A stretch of 64,000 nucleotides of DNA, from assembly GCA_951813565.1 (NCBI GenBank), contig OX638351.1, positions 1,376,001 through 1,440,000 on the forward strand. Direction: 5' to 3'. Below are positions 9,880 to 20,117 of the stretch, piece after piece. The notes below the pieces were generated by a model, which was not told where the DNA came from, made no database searches, and was given only the letters and a program-made list of their open reading frames with translations. Within the stretch, counting starts at the first letter, position 1, and each line of letters starts with the position of its first letter. The position numbers and the translations under genes are program-made. Origin of the DNA: an uncultured Poribacteria bacterium. Its GTDB lineage: Bacteria; Poribacteria; WGA-4E; WGA-3G.

Positions 9880-10581
9880 ATGCACGCGCACCGTATAAAA
9901 AACCTATTTTCAGCCATTGCACGTCACTACGATTTTCTCAACTCGTTGTTGAGTCTCCGATTTGATCGGGGATGGCGAAGGGAAACAGTCAAAGCGAGCA
10001 GTGTAACCCCAACAAGCAAGGTGCTTGATGTTTGCACAGGTACAGGTGAACTTGCACTTGCGTATGCCGATAAAATAGGTGCGGATGGTTCAGTGATCGG
10101 TTCTGATTTCTGCTTTGAGATGTTAGTTGTCGGTAAGCAAAAGGTAGAACGGCAGGATCGGACGCACGCCTTTGTCCCGATTGAAGCGGATACGCTCACC
10201 CTCCCGTTTTCAGACAACACTTTTGACATTGTCTCTGTCGGTTTTGGTATCCGAAACGTTTCCGACCTTGAATTGGGCATCCAAGAGATGACAAGAGTCG
10301 CTGTACCGGGTGGTAGAATTGCCATATTAGAATTTACGCAGCCTGTCAATCCGGTATTTCGTAGTCTCTACTATTTCTATTTTACAAAGATTTTACCTTT
10401 TATAGGCAATTGCATTTCGCGCAGCAAAGACGATGCGTACGGTTATCTTCCCCGTTCCGTCATGCAGTTTCCGAATTGTGATGCATTGAAAGTAGTTATG
10501 GAGCAGTGCGGATTGACAGATGTCCAGTATTTTCGGAAAACGTTAGGCATCGTTGCAATTCATGTTGGTGAAAAGGCATAG
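9880..10581 (+). CDS. ubiE: UbiE/MenG-family quinone methyltransferase
   Basis: F..IA.HYD.LNSLLS, VLDVCTGTG, FGIRNV, RVAVPGG, AYGYLP.S motifs. Confidence 0.9.
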   Translation: MHAHRIKNLFSAIARHYDFLNSLLSLRFDRGWRRETVKASSVTPTSKVLDVCTGTGELALAYADKIGADGSVIGSDFCFEMLVVGKQKVERQDRTHAFVPIEADTLTLPFSDNTFDIVSVGFGIRNVSDLELGIQEMTRVAVPGGRIAILEFTQPVNPVFRSLYYFYFTKILPFIGNCISRSKDDAYGYLPRSVMQFPNCDALKVVMEQCGLTDVQYFRKTLGIVAIHVGEKA

Positions 10582-10614
10582 ATTTGTCTTGAAAATATAT
10601 TTATAGGAGAAACT

Positions 10615-11751
10615 ATGAAAACTTTGCTAAAGTTTTTTACTCTCATAGTAGTAGGAATACTCGCTGTTTATATGGTTGGTTGTGGAGAACGTGCTGAAGA
10701 TGATGACGTTGAAGCTGCCCACTTGATGCGTGCAAACCCAACACCCGGTAGCACAATTGCTGCGAATAGCACTATTACCGTGACTTTTGACAAAGACCCT
10801 GGCAGTGTGGAAGTGAATGTAGGTGCCGCCACAACATCTGGCGCAACAGTCACAATTACAGGACCATTCCAACAAGGGCAATTTACCTTGACACTTACTT
10901 GGGAGGGTGGAACCCGAGATTTAACATACATAGTAGGCACTTCCGAACCGCTTGACGTTGAGCCTGAGCAGATCCCTGAACTTGAACCCGTTGCACCTGA
11001 AGGGATGGTGCTGATACCTGAAGGAGAATTTCAGATGGGAAGTGAAGATGGTGACGCTGATAACGATGAACAACCGGAGCATGCCGTTTATATTGATGCT
11101 TTTTATATTGATGAAAATGAAGTAACCAACGCACAATTTAAGGACTTTGTTCTTGCTAACCCTGAATGGCAGAAAAACCGCATTGATGAAAAATTCCAAA
11201 ATGGCAATTATCTGCACGATTGGAATGGCAATAATTATCCTGACGAGGAAGGTGAGCATCCAGTGCGTTACGTCAGTTGGTATGCCGCAATGGCTTACGC
11301 AGTATGGGTAGATAAACGTCTACCGACAGAAGCGGAATGGGAGAAGGCAGCACGCGGTGGACTAAAAGGGAAAAAATATCCGTGGGGCAATCAGATTAAC
11401 TTAGCAGATGCCAACTACGGTAAAAATATCGGACATACGACACCTGTTGGTAAATACCTTCCGAATGACTACGGCGTTTATGACATGGCAGGGAATGTGT
11501 GGGAGTGGTGTTTAGACGCATATCAGAGCGACTTCTATGCAAATTCTCCAAAGCGAAATCCTGTTGCAGGTGCTGACAACGTTGCGGAAATTGTAAACGA
11601 CTTTAAGAATCTTGTAACTGATCGTGTCCTACGTGGCAGTGGATGGAACGGTAATCCAGAGTGGTTACGCGCCGCAAATCGCTATGGGGATAGTCCTGCT
11701 TATGCGGGGATTGGTGCACTTGGATTTCGTTGTGCAAAGGATGTTGAATAG
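10615..11751 (+). CDS. Lipoprotein with Ig-like domain and FGE-sulfatase (SUMF1/EgtB/PvdO-type) domain
   Basis: Lipobox MVGC; RLPTEAEWEKAARGG, DMAGNVWEWC, GFRC; the catalytic FGE Cys pair is absent. Confidence 0.88.
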   Translation: MKTLLKFFTLIVVGILAVYMVGCGERAEDDDVEAAHLMRANPTPGSTIAANSTITVTFDKDPGSVEVNVGAATTSGATVTITGPFQQGQFTLTLTWEGGTRDLTYIVGTSEPLDVEPEQIPELEPVAPEGMVLIPEGEFQMGSEDGDADNDEQPEHAVYIDAFYIDENEVTNAQFKDFVLANPEWQKNRIDEKFQNGNYLHDWNGNNYPDEEGEHPVRYVSWYAAMAYAVWVDKRLPTEAEWEKAARGGLKGKKYPWGNQINLADANYGKNIGHTTPVGKYLPNDYGVYDMAGNVWEWCLDAYQSDFYANSPKRNPVAGADNVAEIVNDFKNLVTDRVLRGSGWNGNPEWLRAANRYGDSPAYAGIGALGFRCAKDVE

Positions 11752-11947
11752 TTCGCGATACTATAGTGGATTATAAAATTGAGTGGACATTTTCTTAGAA
11801 TTTGTAGTGTTTGTAGTCGCGCAATTCATTGCGCCTCTTACATTAATCGGTAGTCGAGGTCTTCTAACCTCGACTGTTCACAGTATTTAACGCTCTTCCC
11901 GTCAAATCCCCATGCTTTAGCTTGTGGGATGTAGACAGGAAAAAACC

Positions 11948-11976
11948 TTGACATTGAAATGAAACCCTGATATACT
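11948..11976 (+). promoter_or_regulatory. Sigma70-type promoter inside the IS left end
   Basis: TTGACA-N17-TATACT, identical in copy 2. Confidence 0.8.
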
Positions 11977-12059
11977 AATTAGACCGTTCAGTGGTAGTTG
12001 TTGTAGCAGCTGCCACACCACTACAATGGGAAACGGACTCTTCATAGAAACGGCATATC

Positions 12060-13170
12060 ATGAGAAAAACCTATAAATATAAGATACAAAATCAAAAGAA
12101 CACACAAACTTGGCAACCTGCTTGACGACATGCACCAGATACATGTGCATATTATGCGCTTGCAGCGTAGGTATTACCGTCTGTTTGGTAAAAATATATC
12201 TGCTTACACAATGACCAGACATATTACGAAGTTGAAAAAGCGAACAAAATCGCAGTGGAAGTCGTTGCCAAGCCAAGTTGTTCAAGATGTTGTGTTGCGT
12301 ATGGGAAAAGCCTACGATGCGTTTTTCAGAAATATAGAAGAGCGCAAAGCAGGCAAAACGACAAAGAAAGTTGGCAAACCTCATATCAAGCCTCAACACA
12401 AATATAACTCTATGACCTTTACACAAGCAGGATACAAACTTGAAGGGAACCGTATCAAGATCACCTGTATAGACACGTGGTTTTCTTTTCATAAACATCG
12501 TGAAATCATAGGTAACATCAAAACAATAACTATCAAACGTGATATGTGCGGAGATTACTGGATATGCTTCAGTTGTGATAATGTTGACGATACCGAACCG
12601 ATGCCCAAGACAGGTAAGAGCGCAGGGTTTGACTTCGGACTGAAAACATTTCTCACAGGTTCTGATGGTAGCAAGATAGAGGCGCCGCAGTTTTTGAAAC
12701 AGTCCTTGAACAAGTTGAGAACCCTGAACAAAAACTTGAGCCGTAAAGTTTTCAAATCTAATAGCTGGTATCGTGCCAAGCGCGCAATAGCACGGCAACA
12801 CAGAAAAATAGCACGGCAACGCAAAGATTGGCACTGGCAACTTGCTACTCAACTTTGTGCCGAATACGATACATTGTGCTTTGAAACGCTCAACATTGAC
12901 GGCATGAAAAGACTTTGGGGCAGAAAAATATCTGACCTCGCTTTCTACCAATTTATTGAGATTTTGAAATATAAATCTATCAAACATGATCGTCAATTCC
13001 TACAAGTTGGGCAGTGGACTGCTACGACAAAGCCTTGTTCGGACTGTGGACATCATAACAAAAAACTTGAACTCAACGATAGACAGTGGCTATGTCCTCA
13101 ATGTGACGCTCTCCACGATAGAGACATAAACGCTGCTATAAACATATGTCAAGCAGGGATAGCTGCTTGA
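12060..13170 (+). pseudogene. tnpB: TnpB RNA-guided endonuclease, frameshifted near the 5' end
   Basis: RuvC D/E/D (GFDFG, FETL, DRDINAA) and Zn-finger Cys intact. (AC)3 at 12100-12105 versus (AC)4 in copy 2 shifts the frame after MRKTYKYKIQNQKNT. Confidence 0.85.
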
Positions 13171-13288
13171 GGGTGGAGACAATGTCCGACGGGTTATCTC
13201 TCAGAGATAAACGCTGTTGTCTAAGAAACCGAAGCCCCTACCTTGAGGGAGTGGGTGCTATCACATAATCGTAAAACCTACTATTCAT

Positions 13289-14227
13289 TTAGCTGTTCAA
13301 ACGTTCCACATGTGCCACAACAGATTCAGAAATACCTTCTAAGCTATACCCACCCTCCAATGCGGAAACGACATTGCCCGATGCAATCTCCTCTGCAACA
13401 TCAAGAACCAGATCGGTTAACTTCGCAAATCCTTCTGCAGTTAAGTCAATGTGAGCGAGTGGATCAAGATAGTGTGCATCGAATCCAGCGGATATCAGGA
13501 TAAACTCAGGCGAAAAATCTCTTAATGCGGGTCCGAGAACATCTTCAAAGACGGCAATGTATTCACTGTCGCCACTTCCGGGCGGCATCGGCACGTTTAG
13601 TATAGTGCCGCGTGCTTTGCCGCTGCCTTGTTCGTTTCTTGAACCGGTGCCGGGGTAAAGTGGGGATTGGTGAATAGAAAAGAAGAAAACCGATTCGTCT
13701 TCGTAAAAAATGTCTTGTGTGCCGTTGCCGTGATGCACATCCCAATCCACGATTGCAACCTTCCCCACGCTATGTTCCCGTTGAAGATAACGTGTTGTTA
13801 CGGCTATGTTATTGAACAGACAGAAACCCATGCTTTGCCCTGGAGTAGCGTGGTGTCCTGGCGGACGCACCATCGCAAAAGCGTTTTTTACTTTCTTTGT
13901 TACCACTGCCTCTGCTGCACATAACACCCCACCCGTTGAAAGAAGCGCAATATCAAAGGATTCTTGCACGACAGGCGTGTCGTAGGTAAGCGGAACTGCC
14001 GACTCACAGGACTGACGAATATGTTCGCTGTAGCCGGGGTTGTGCGCGTAAGCGATCTGCTCAACGGTCGCGGGTATCGGGTCAATATGGTGCAGTTGCT
14101 TCCACACATCGCTTTGTTGGAGTGCGGCGAGGCTGGCTCTGAGTCGGTCAGGTCGTTCTGGGTGTTCGGGACCTGTGTCGTGGTTTAGATAGTCTGGGTG
14201 ATAGACGAATGCAGTTTTTTGTGGCAT
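13289..14227 (-). CDS. Histone deacetylase-family amidohydrolase
   Basis: HPERPDR, RPPGHHA, GFCLFNN, DWDVHHGNGTQ, SAGFD, EGGY; SD AGGAG before ATG 14227. Confidence 0.95.
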   Translation of the reverse strand: MPQKTAFVYHPDYLNHDTGPEHPERPDRLRASLAALQQSDVWKQLHHIDPIPATVEQIAYAHNPGYSEHIRQSCESAVPLTYDTPVVQESFDIALLSTGGVLCAAEAVVTKKVKNAFAMVRPPGHHATPGQSMGFCLFNNIAVTTRYLQREHSVGKVAIVDWDVHHGNGTQDIFYEDESVFFFSIHQSPLYPGTGSRNEQGSGKARGTILNVPMPPGSGDSEYIAVFEDVLGPALRDFSPEFILISAGFDAHYLDPLAHIDLTAEGFAKLTDLVLDVAEEIASGNVVSALEGGYSLEGISESVVAHVERLNS

Positions 14228-14246
14228 GTGTTTGATTTCTCCTATA

Positions 14247-15347
14247 TCAACCCCGTAATCGTCTAACCCGAGCAGGTGTATCATCACCCCGAATCTCAGA
14301 CGAAAGAATACGAAGGTTTCGGTTTTCAACCGGTAATTCTACCTTTACGCCGCCACGCCGATGCGATTCTCGGAGTGCAATAGCAACCTCTAAAGCCTCA
14401 CGTCCATCTTCACCTGAACATTTTGGCGAACCTCCGTTTTCAATGGCGTTGATAATGTCGTCAACAATGGTTAACCCCATCCCTTGCATCCGCACGGGCC
14501 ACGGGAACGGACACGTCGCAGGCACACCGCGTCCACGCCTGCCACCCGGAACCATACGGATTAACTCGAACGTTTCAGCATTGTTAATTGAGCGGATACG
14601 TCCCGTTGTGCCAATAACATCTACCTCCCACGGTGCAGCACCACACGCTGTGCTTCGAAGATATGCTCGGACACCGTTATCAAATACCATGTAGCCGTTT
14701 CCCATCAAGTCGTTTTCACCTGCGGCGGCTTCATCGGACTGCATCTCACCGAAAACCCATTCCACATTTCCGCCCGCCATATAGCGTAGAATATCAATGG
14801 CATGGCTACCATTATGTGAGAGACCACACTGTGCGTAAACAGTAACCTGCAGCACATTACCGATTTCCCCTTCGTCAATGAGTTTTCTTGCTTCGCTAAA
14901 GAAAGGATTCCAACGTCTTGCACAATTGATTGCTATTACCACACCGTTTTCTTGACAGACATCCACCATTGTATCCGCTTCGGCAAGACTCAGCGAAATC
15001 GGTTTTTCTGCCCAGATACCTTTGACACCAGCACGCGCCACATCTTGCACAATAGTTGATCTAACCCGTGCTGTTGTGCAAATGCTGACAATATCAAGGT
15101 TTTCCTTCTCTAACATTTCTTGATAATCGTTATAGATATGTTCCGAACTGAGTCCCCAACGTTCACCGAAAATTGAGGCTTGTTCAGCATGTAGGTCGGC
15201 GCCTGCGACCAATTCTGTTTTCGGTGATGCGTCATAACTTGGGGCATGACAGTAAGGCAGAAAGAGTGAACCTCCCTGCGTAATTTCATCGTCAAAGGTG
15301 CTCCCCATCCGTCCTAAACCGATTACGCCTGCACGATAAGTTGACAT
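14247..15347 (-). CDS. Gfo/Idh/MocA-family oxidoreductase
   Basis: GVIGLGRMG, AEKP, SHAID motifs. Confidence 0.92.
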   Translation of the reverse strand: MSTYRAGVIGLGRMGSTFDDEITQGGSLFLPYCHAPSYDASPKTELVAGADLHAEQASIFGERWGLSSEHIYNDYQEMLEKENLDIVSICTTARVRSTIVQDVARAGVKGIWAEKPISLSLAEADTMVDVCQENGVVIAINCARRWNPFFSEARKLIDEGEIGNVLQVTVYAQCGLSHNGSHAIDILRYMAGGNVEWVFGEMQSDEAAAGENDLMGNGYMVFDNGVRAYLRSTACGAAPWEVDVIGTTGRIRSINNAETFELIRMVPGGRRGRGVPATCPFPWPVRMQGMGLTIVDDIINAIENGGSPKCSGEDGREALEVAIALRESHRRGGVKVELPVENRNLRILSSEIRGDDTPARVRRLRG

Positions 15348-15442
15348 CTTATCTCCTCCCAGAAAAGAAAAATATTAGTATTCGTCTGTAGGCGCACTTT
15401 GAAAACGCGCCTACCGCAGTGTATAGTAAGGTGTGAATTTTA

Positions 15443-16072
15443 CTAAGTATGTATTTTCTCGTAGACAAAGTCCAGCCATCTGTTTTGTGGAGACACAATT
15501 TCGGGTTTCGGTGAAAGTGGTGTCCAAAAAGGTTGAAAAATATGACCCCTATCGCTTTTCAATTCCCATATATCCTCTGTTTCTTCAGTTGTGCTCAATC
15601 GGAAGAAATGTCTCGTTTTTTGTTTACCCAAGTTTTTGTTCGGCACCCATCCCGATATATTATAGGCAACATAAGACGGATTGGGAAATTTATCATATTC
15701 AAAATATGTAACGTGAGTGAAGTCTTTATAGGTGGAATGGTGCTCCACAGTAAGTCCTCTGGTTAGCTTGTCTTTGTAAGGAATTGCGTTTAAATCGGGT
15801 TTGATATAGACCTTGGTTGTTTGTGTTATTATCCGTTCTTGTTCGTCTAATTCGTTTTCAATACAACCGAGATATTTTTCAATTTTTACGTTCTGTAGTC
15901 CGGTTTCTTCATGTGCCTCTCTCTTTACCGCAGTTTCAATATTTTCACCGACTTCAACTGTACCTGCAGGGATTTGGATGCCAGCGGTAGGGTGTTTGAA
16001 TACAAGCAACGCGTTGACTCCATTTCTTTCTTGTGTGATAAATGCGGTGACCTTTTCAATGGATTTGCACAT
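15443..16072 (-). CDS. NUDIX hydrolase with internal insertion
   Basis: Nudix box GTVEVGENIETAVKREAHEETGL. Confidence 0.88.
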   Translation of the reverse strand: MCKSIEKVTAFITQERNGVNALLVFKHPTAGIQIPAGTVEVGENIETAVKREAHEETGLQNVKIEKYLGCIENELDEQERIITQTTKVYIKPDLNAIPYKDKLTRGLTVEHHSTYKDFTHVTYFEYDKFPNPSYVAYNISGWVPNKNLGKQKTRHFFRLSTTEETEDIWELKSDRGHIFQPFWTPLSPKPEIVSPQNRWLDFVYEKIHT

Positions 16073-16126
16073 TTGTATATCTCTTAAGGTTTTTAAAGAT
16101 GCTGTCTGGGTTGGGAGGCAGCATGA

Positions 16127-16585
16127 TTACAAAACAGAATCAGCATATAGCGAGGAACTCGGTCCACGAATGCCGTTTTGCGCCAATCTTCTTTGATATC
16201 TAATATTTTTCCTAATTGCTGGGTCAGTCCTTCCACTGGAAACCTAATGGTATGAACTTAGCTCTTTCAAATTTTCAAGATTTCTTCCTGAAGATTCAAG
16301 CCATTGTCTTAACCACATAAATTTCTTTACGATATTTTCAACTTCACTCGCTTTTCCCTGATGAACTTCAACATAGCAAATCTTATGCTTATAGCCAAAA
16401 ACATAGTCCCAACGGGATGCATTTGGATATACGTTTTTTAGACAGGTATCTATATCAACGCTACCTACCAAAGCTCTTTTCGTAAGTGCTTTAATCTTAT
16501 TACTGTTTCTGCCAAGTGCTTGTAATCCATCTTTTAGGCAGTTTTTAATTTCTGGTATATTTTTAACGGCATCGCGAAAATTCAC
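16127..16585 (-). pseudogene. Small putative PD-(D/E)xK-like nuclease with in-frame TAG
   Basis: RWDY...VEVH motif; TAG at 16244-16246 in YH*VSSG; frame stays open for 38 more codons to TAA at 16127. Confidence 0.55.
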
Positions 16586-17730
16586 AAGTCAGACCTCCAT
16601 ATAGCCGAAGAGACAACTTCAGCAGCTTTAGTGCTAAATGCTGTCAATCCCCCAAAATCCGATACTGCTTCATCTGGATCTTCCGCATCTAATGTAGAAA
16701 TATCTTTGACATTTACAGCCTCATCCTGTCGGGAAAAATAATAGGTCTTGAATGTTTTTTTAAACACCGTTTCTACTAAAGGTTTGGAAAAGTAATTTGA
16801 TTTTAGCTCCAACACCTTCAATAACTCCTTTGGGTCAGCATGTGCTTTAATTAAAAATTGAATTGACCATACTAATTCAAGGATTTGTGCAGAATGGGTT
16901 GAGATAATAACCTTGTAACCGCGTCTCATAAGTTCTAAAAAGACAGTTAGCATAGATGAAATCGCCTTTGGATGCAATCCCATTTCTGGCTCTTCAATGA
17001 CAACCCAGTTTATTTCATTTTTTTTGTCTGTTTTACCTGAAGGCATTAACCAGTAAAGTCCGAGTAAGAGCGGAGTGAATTCTCTTTGTCCAGTTGACCA
17101 AGCCATGAACGGTAGTTGACTACCAGCGATATCCAAAACAATGCGTTTCCGTAAACCGGATCTATCAATTTTTACTTCACCCTTTCCAAATACGCTCTCT
17201 CCAATTGCATCACGCATTGTTTTATTCATACGGCCTGCCTGCGGAAAAATCATCCCTTCACCTGAACGGAATCCCCTTTCCATAAGAAGTCTTAACTTCT
17301 CACTAAATTGCTTTACAACATACGGATCGCCAATATTGTAATCTGTAAATGCTCGTGGCCATCCATCTTTAAGCGTTACAACCCGATGTGCCGGTATCAG
17401 AAAAAGACTCTCATCTTTCTTTCTCCTTAATAACGCGTTTCGAGGTGTAAAATCCATCTTATTAAAGGTGACTATTGTCTCATCCTTGTTCCATATTCCC
17501 TCCATCCCTTCACCGAAATAAAGGGATAAAAAATTCTCAACTTTTTTTTGCCAATCAAAACCGTGTTTTTTGAGAGTTTGCGTAATATCGCCTGCGTCTA
17601 AAATTAACTTTACAAGTTGGAGTAGAATGCTCTTTCCACTCGCTTGTTCACCGACAAATACCGTCAGATCACCAAAGGCTATATCGGCTTCACGAATTTG
17701 TCCCAGCGATGTTAGTGTGAGACGTTTCAT
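16582..17730 (-). CDS. ABC-type (AAA_15/AAA_21-like) ATPase
   Basis: Walker A GEQASGKS, signature STGQR, Walker B VVIEEPE, H-loop STHS; 4-nt overlap with the downstream gene. Confidence 0.9.
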   Translation of the reverse strand: MKRLTLTSLGQIREADIAFGDLTVFVGEQASGKSILLQLVKLILDAGDITQTLKKHGFDWQKKVENFLSLYFGEGMEGIWNKDETIVTFNKMDFTPRNALLRRKKDESLFLIPAHRVVTLKDGWPRAFTDYNIGDPYVVKQFSEKLRLLMERGFRSGEGMIFPQAGRMNKTMRDAIGESVFGKGEVKIDRSGLRKRIVLDIAGSQLPFMAWSTGQREFTPLLLGLYWLMPSGKTDKKNEINWVVIEEPEMGLHPKAISSMLTVFLELMRRGYKVIISTHSAQILELVWSIQFLIKAHADPKELLKVLELKSNYFSKPLVETVFKKTFKTYYFSRQDEAVNVKDISTLDAEDPDEAVSDFGGLTAFSTKAAEVVSSAIWRSDL

Positions 17731-17756
17731 GGCTTCTTACTCCTTTATGCTTTTTA

Positions 17757-18664
17757 TAGTAGATATTGAAAATAAGTTTACATTTTCTGGGATTTATGCT
17801 AGCCTTTATAATTATGGCATATTCAACAGATTTACGCAAACGCGTGCTTGATTTCATCAATAATGGTGGCAGTAAAGCCGCCGCAGAACGCACTTTTCGT
17901 GTCTCAAGAAGAACGATCTATAACTGGTTGGAAGCAGAAGACCCCTTCGCCTGTGAAAAACCGGGACCCAAAGGGCCCCGAGATATTGATTATGACGCAC
18001 TTCAGCAACATGTTGCCGATTTCCCAGATTCCACACTCGCCGAACGTGCTAAACACTTCGGTGTTTCAACAAATGGCATCTTTTATGCCTTCTCAAAACT
18101 CAATATCACGCGAAAAAAAAGACCACGACCTACAAAGAACAGTGTCCGATAAAACGCCAAGAGTATCTTTCGGCACTTCAACAAGAGACACAGGCGCATG
18201 GCAAAACACCGGTTTATCTTGACGAAAGTGGTTTCACTGAAACCACTTTCCGTCGGTATGCTTATGCCCCGAAAGGTGTCCGTGTTGAAGATAAAGTGCC
18301 AAGCCATCGGTATACCACCACGACGCTGATTGCTGCAAGGCTTGATGGATGTTTCACAGCACCTGTGCTTTTCGAGGGCAGTTGCGACGCGGTCGCCTTC
18401 AACAGTTGGCTTTCGGAAATGTTGTGTCCATTGCTTGACGATAGCCATGTTGTGATTATGGATAATGCGTCTTTCCACAAAGGTTCACAGACGGCGGCAT
18501 TGATCCGGGATTGCGGTGCGAGTTTGTTGTTTTTACCGCCGTATTCACCGGAGTTGAACCCGATTGAGAAGGATTTCGCCAACATCAAGCGGATACGTCA
18601 ATACAACGCTGAGACCTCTATTGATGATATTATAAAAGTGTATAAGTAATTACGGGATTTACTA
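17757..18664 (+). mobile_element. IS630-family element; transposase split in two ORFs (17814-18152 and second frame to 18649)
   Basis: MAYSTDLRKRV HTH; YLDESGF, IMDNASFHK, LPPYSPELNPIE; A8 run at 18113-18120 (typical -1 frameshift site); TA flanks; imperfect TAGTA...TACTA ends. Confidence 0.92.
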
Positions 18665-18672
18665 TAAAATTA

Positions 18673-20080
18673 CGCAATAAGTAGTTTTGGACTTGCAAAA
18701 AGCCCTTAAGCGTTATGGAAATTTATACTTAATAGGGTATGAGAATTCGGAAAAGCACTAAACGGCGAAGACTAATGTCTAACTCTAATCTGTGAGAACT
18801 TCTGCCCCTCCAACTCACATCGGTATAAAAGTTGAGCGCGCTTGATAGATACTTTGCAACGGCAGACAATTCTTCTAATCGTTTTGCCGTTGTGATATTA
18901 GTGTGGTCCAGCTTGTCAAGACCTTATTCTTTAAGTTTTTCTGCCATCGTTGAGTGAGTCTTCATCTCATACTCTCATTGACAAACTTATCAAAAATGCT
19001 CTCAATGCTCCTATAGTTGTATTTATAGCACGCCTCTGCGACATATAGGGGCGTGTATTCAGTCCAATAGTGGTGATGACTTCCATACCAAGCACGTTTG
19101 AGAAGTGACCAGAAGCCTTCAATCGTATTGGTATGGACATCACCGTCAACAAATTGTTCTTGATGATCAATGATATGGTGCTTCATCTCTTTACCGAGTG
19201 TGAGATAAGCTTTATACTCATCAGTCATCAACTGCGATTTATCTACTTTAACAACTTCGCGAATAAAATTTAAGATAGTCCGTCCCGTCAAATCTTTTGC
19301 GAGTCTTGCCACAACTTTCCCACCGCGTTCAATCGCTCCGATGATAGCATCTTTATCAGTGCCACGCCCACGCTTAGCAGGATCCCTGTCCTCTTTTTTG
19401 TTCGCTTTGCGAGGTTTACCCCCGACATAAGTTTCGTCAGCCTCTATGATACCTTGTAAGAGGATATTATCTTTAGCCATTTCAGCACGGATACATGTTC
19501 CCATACGCCACGCAGTCTTTTGATCCAAGTCCAAATCTCTTGCCAACTGATGACTTGAAAGGCTCTTTTTAGCATTCATCATCAACGAGATAGCCAAAAA
19601 CCACTTCTGAAGTGCTATCTTTGTCCCGTGAAACACCGTGCCACAAGTAACCTTGAAAGTAGCAGTGCAATCGTGGCATTGCAAGCGTCCGATGCGTCCC
19701 AATTCCGTTTCTGTTCGTCTTGCCACGTTTAGGCAATCACAATGTGGACACTTCGGTTTACCCTTCCACCGAATACTCTCTAAATGTTCAATACAACTCT
19801 CTTGATCAGGGAATCGTTCCATCACTTTCAACAAATCCATCAGAAAACTCCTTTTTAGGAGTTGCTTTTTCTGACAGGTTTCTGATACAATAACTAGATA
19901 AGACAGAATGCCAGAAAAGCAACTCGCTTTTTTGTGTTCAATTAGGGGGTTAACAGCCCTCTAATTTCTTATCTAAATTGTATCATATTTTCACAATTAA
20001 AACAAGCGAAAAATGTAGTCTAAACAAGGATTTAGAGCGATTTTTAAAATTTTGTTGCAAGTCCAAAACTACTTATTGCG
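18673..20080 (-). mobile_element. IS1595-family element
   Basis: 26-bp TIR CGCAATAAGTAGTTTTGGACTTGCAA at both ends; 8-bp TSD TAAAATTA. Confidence 0.93.
18962..19840 (-). CDS. IS1595-family transposase
   Basis: Zn ribbon CPHC..CHDC; EADETYVGG, MTDE, HTNTIEGFWSLLKR. Confidence 0.95.
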   Translation of the reverse strand: MDLLKVMERFPDQESCIEHLESIRWKGKPKCPHCDCLNVARRTETELGRIGRLQCHDCTATFKVTCGTVFHGTKIALQKWFLAISLMMNAKKSLSSHQLARDLDLDQKTAWRMGTCIRAEMAKDNILLQGIIEADETYVGGKPRKANKKEDRDPAKRGRGTDKDAIIGAIERGGKVVARLAKDLTGRTILNFIREVVKVDKSQLMTDEYKAYLTLGKEMKHHIIDHQEQFVDGDVHTNTIEGFWSLLKRAWYGSHHHYWTEYTPLYVAEACYKYNYRSIESIFDKFVNESMR

Positions 20081-20117
20081 TAAAATTATCATGAAATTGT
20101 TCATCTTATTTATCTTT

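Larger units (their letters stand above)
11891..13264 (+). mobile_element. tnpB-only IS200/IS605-family element, copy 1
   Basis: Left-end hairpin (ATCCCCA...TGTGGGAT) after TTTAA; right-end hairpin ending TCAC; left end shared with copy 2; no tnpA. Confidence 0.85.

Noticed and set aside
10615..11751. FGE/C-type-lectin protein as a DGR target
   Set aside because: No template repeat differing at adenines and no reverse transcriptase seen in the window.
12058..12996. 312-aa minus-strand ORF (also 27250-27756)
   Set aside because: Antisense shadows of tnpB with no recognisable motifs.
12130..13170. TnpB as Cas12f or as a nuclease-dead TldR
   Set aside because: No CRISPR array; IS ends present; all three RuvC acidic residues retained in both copies.
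16244..16246. TAG recoding or pyrrolysine read-through
   Set aside because: TAG ends several normal genes here (rpmI, ubiE, nadA); a point mutation or read error is simpler.
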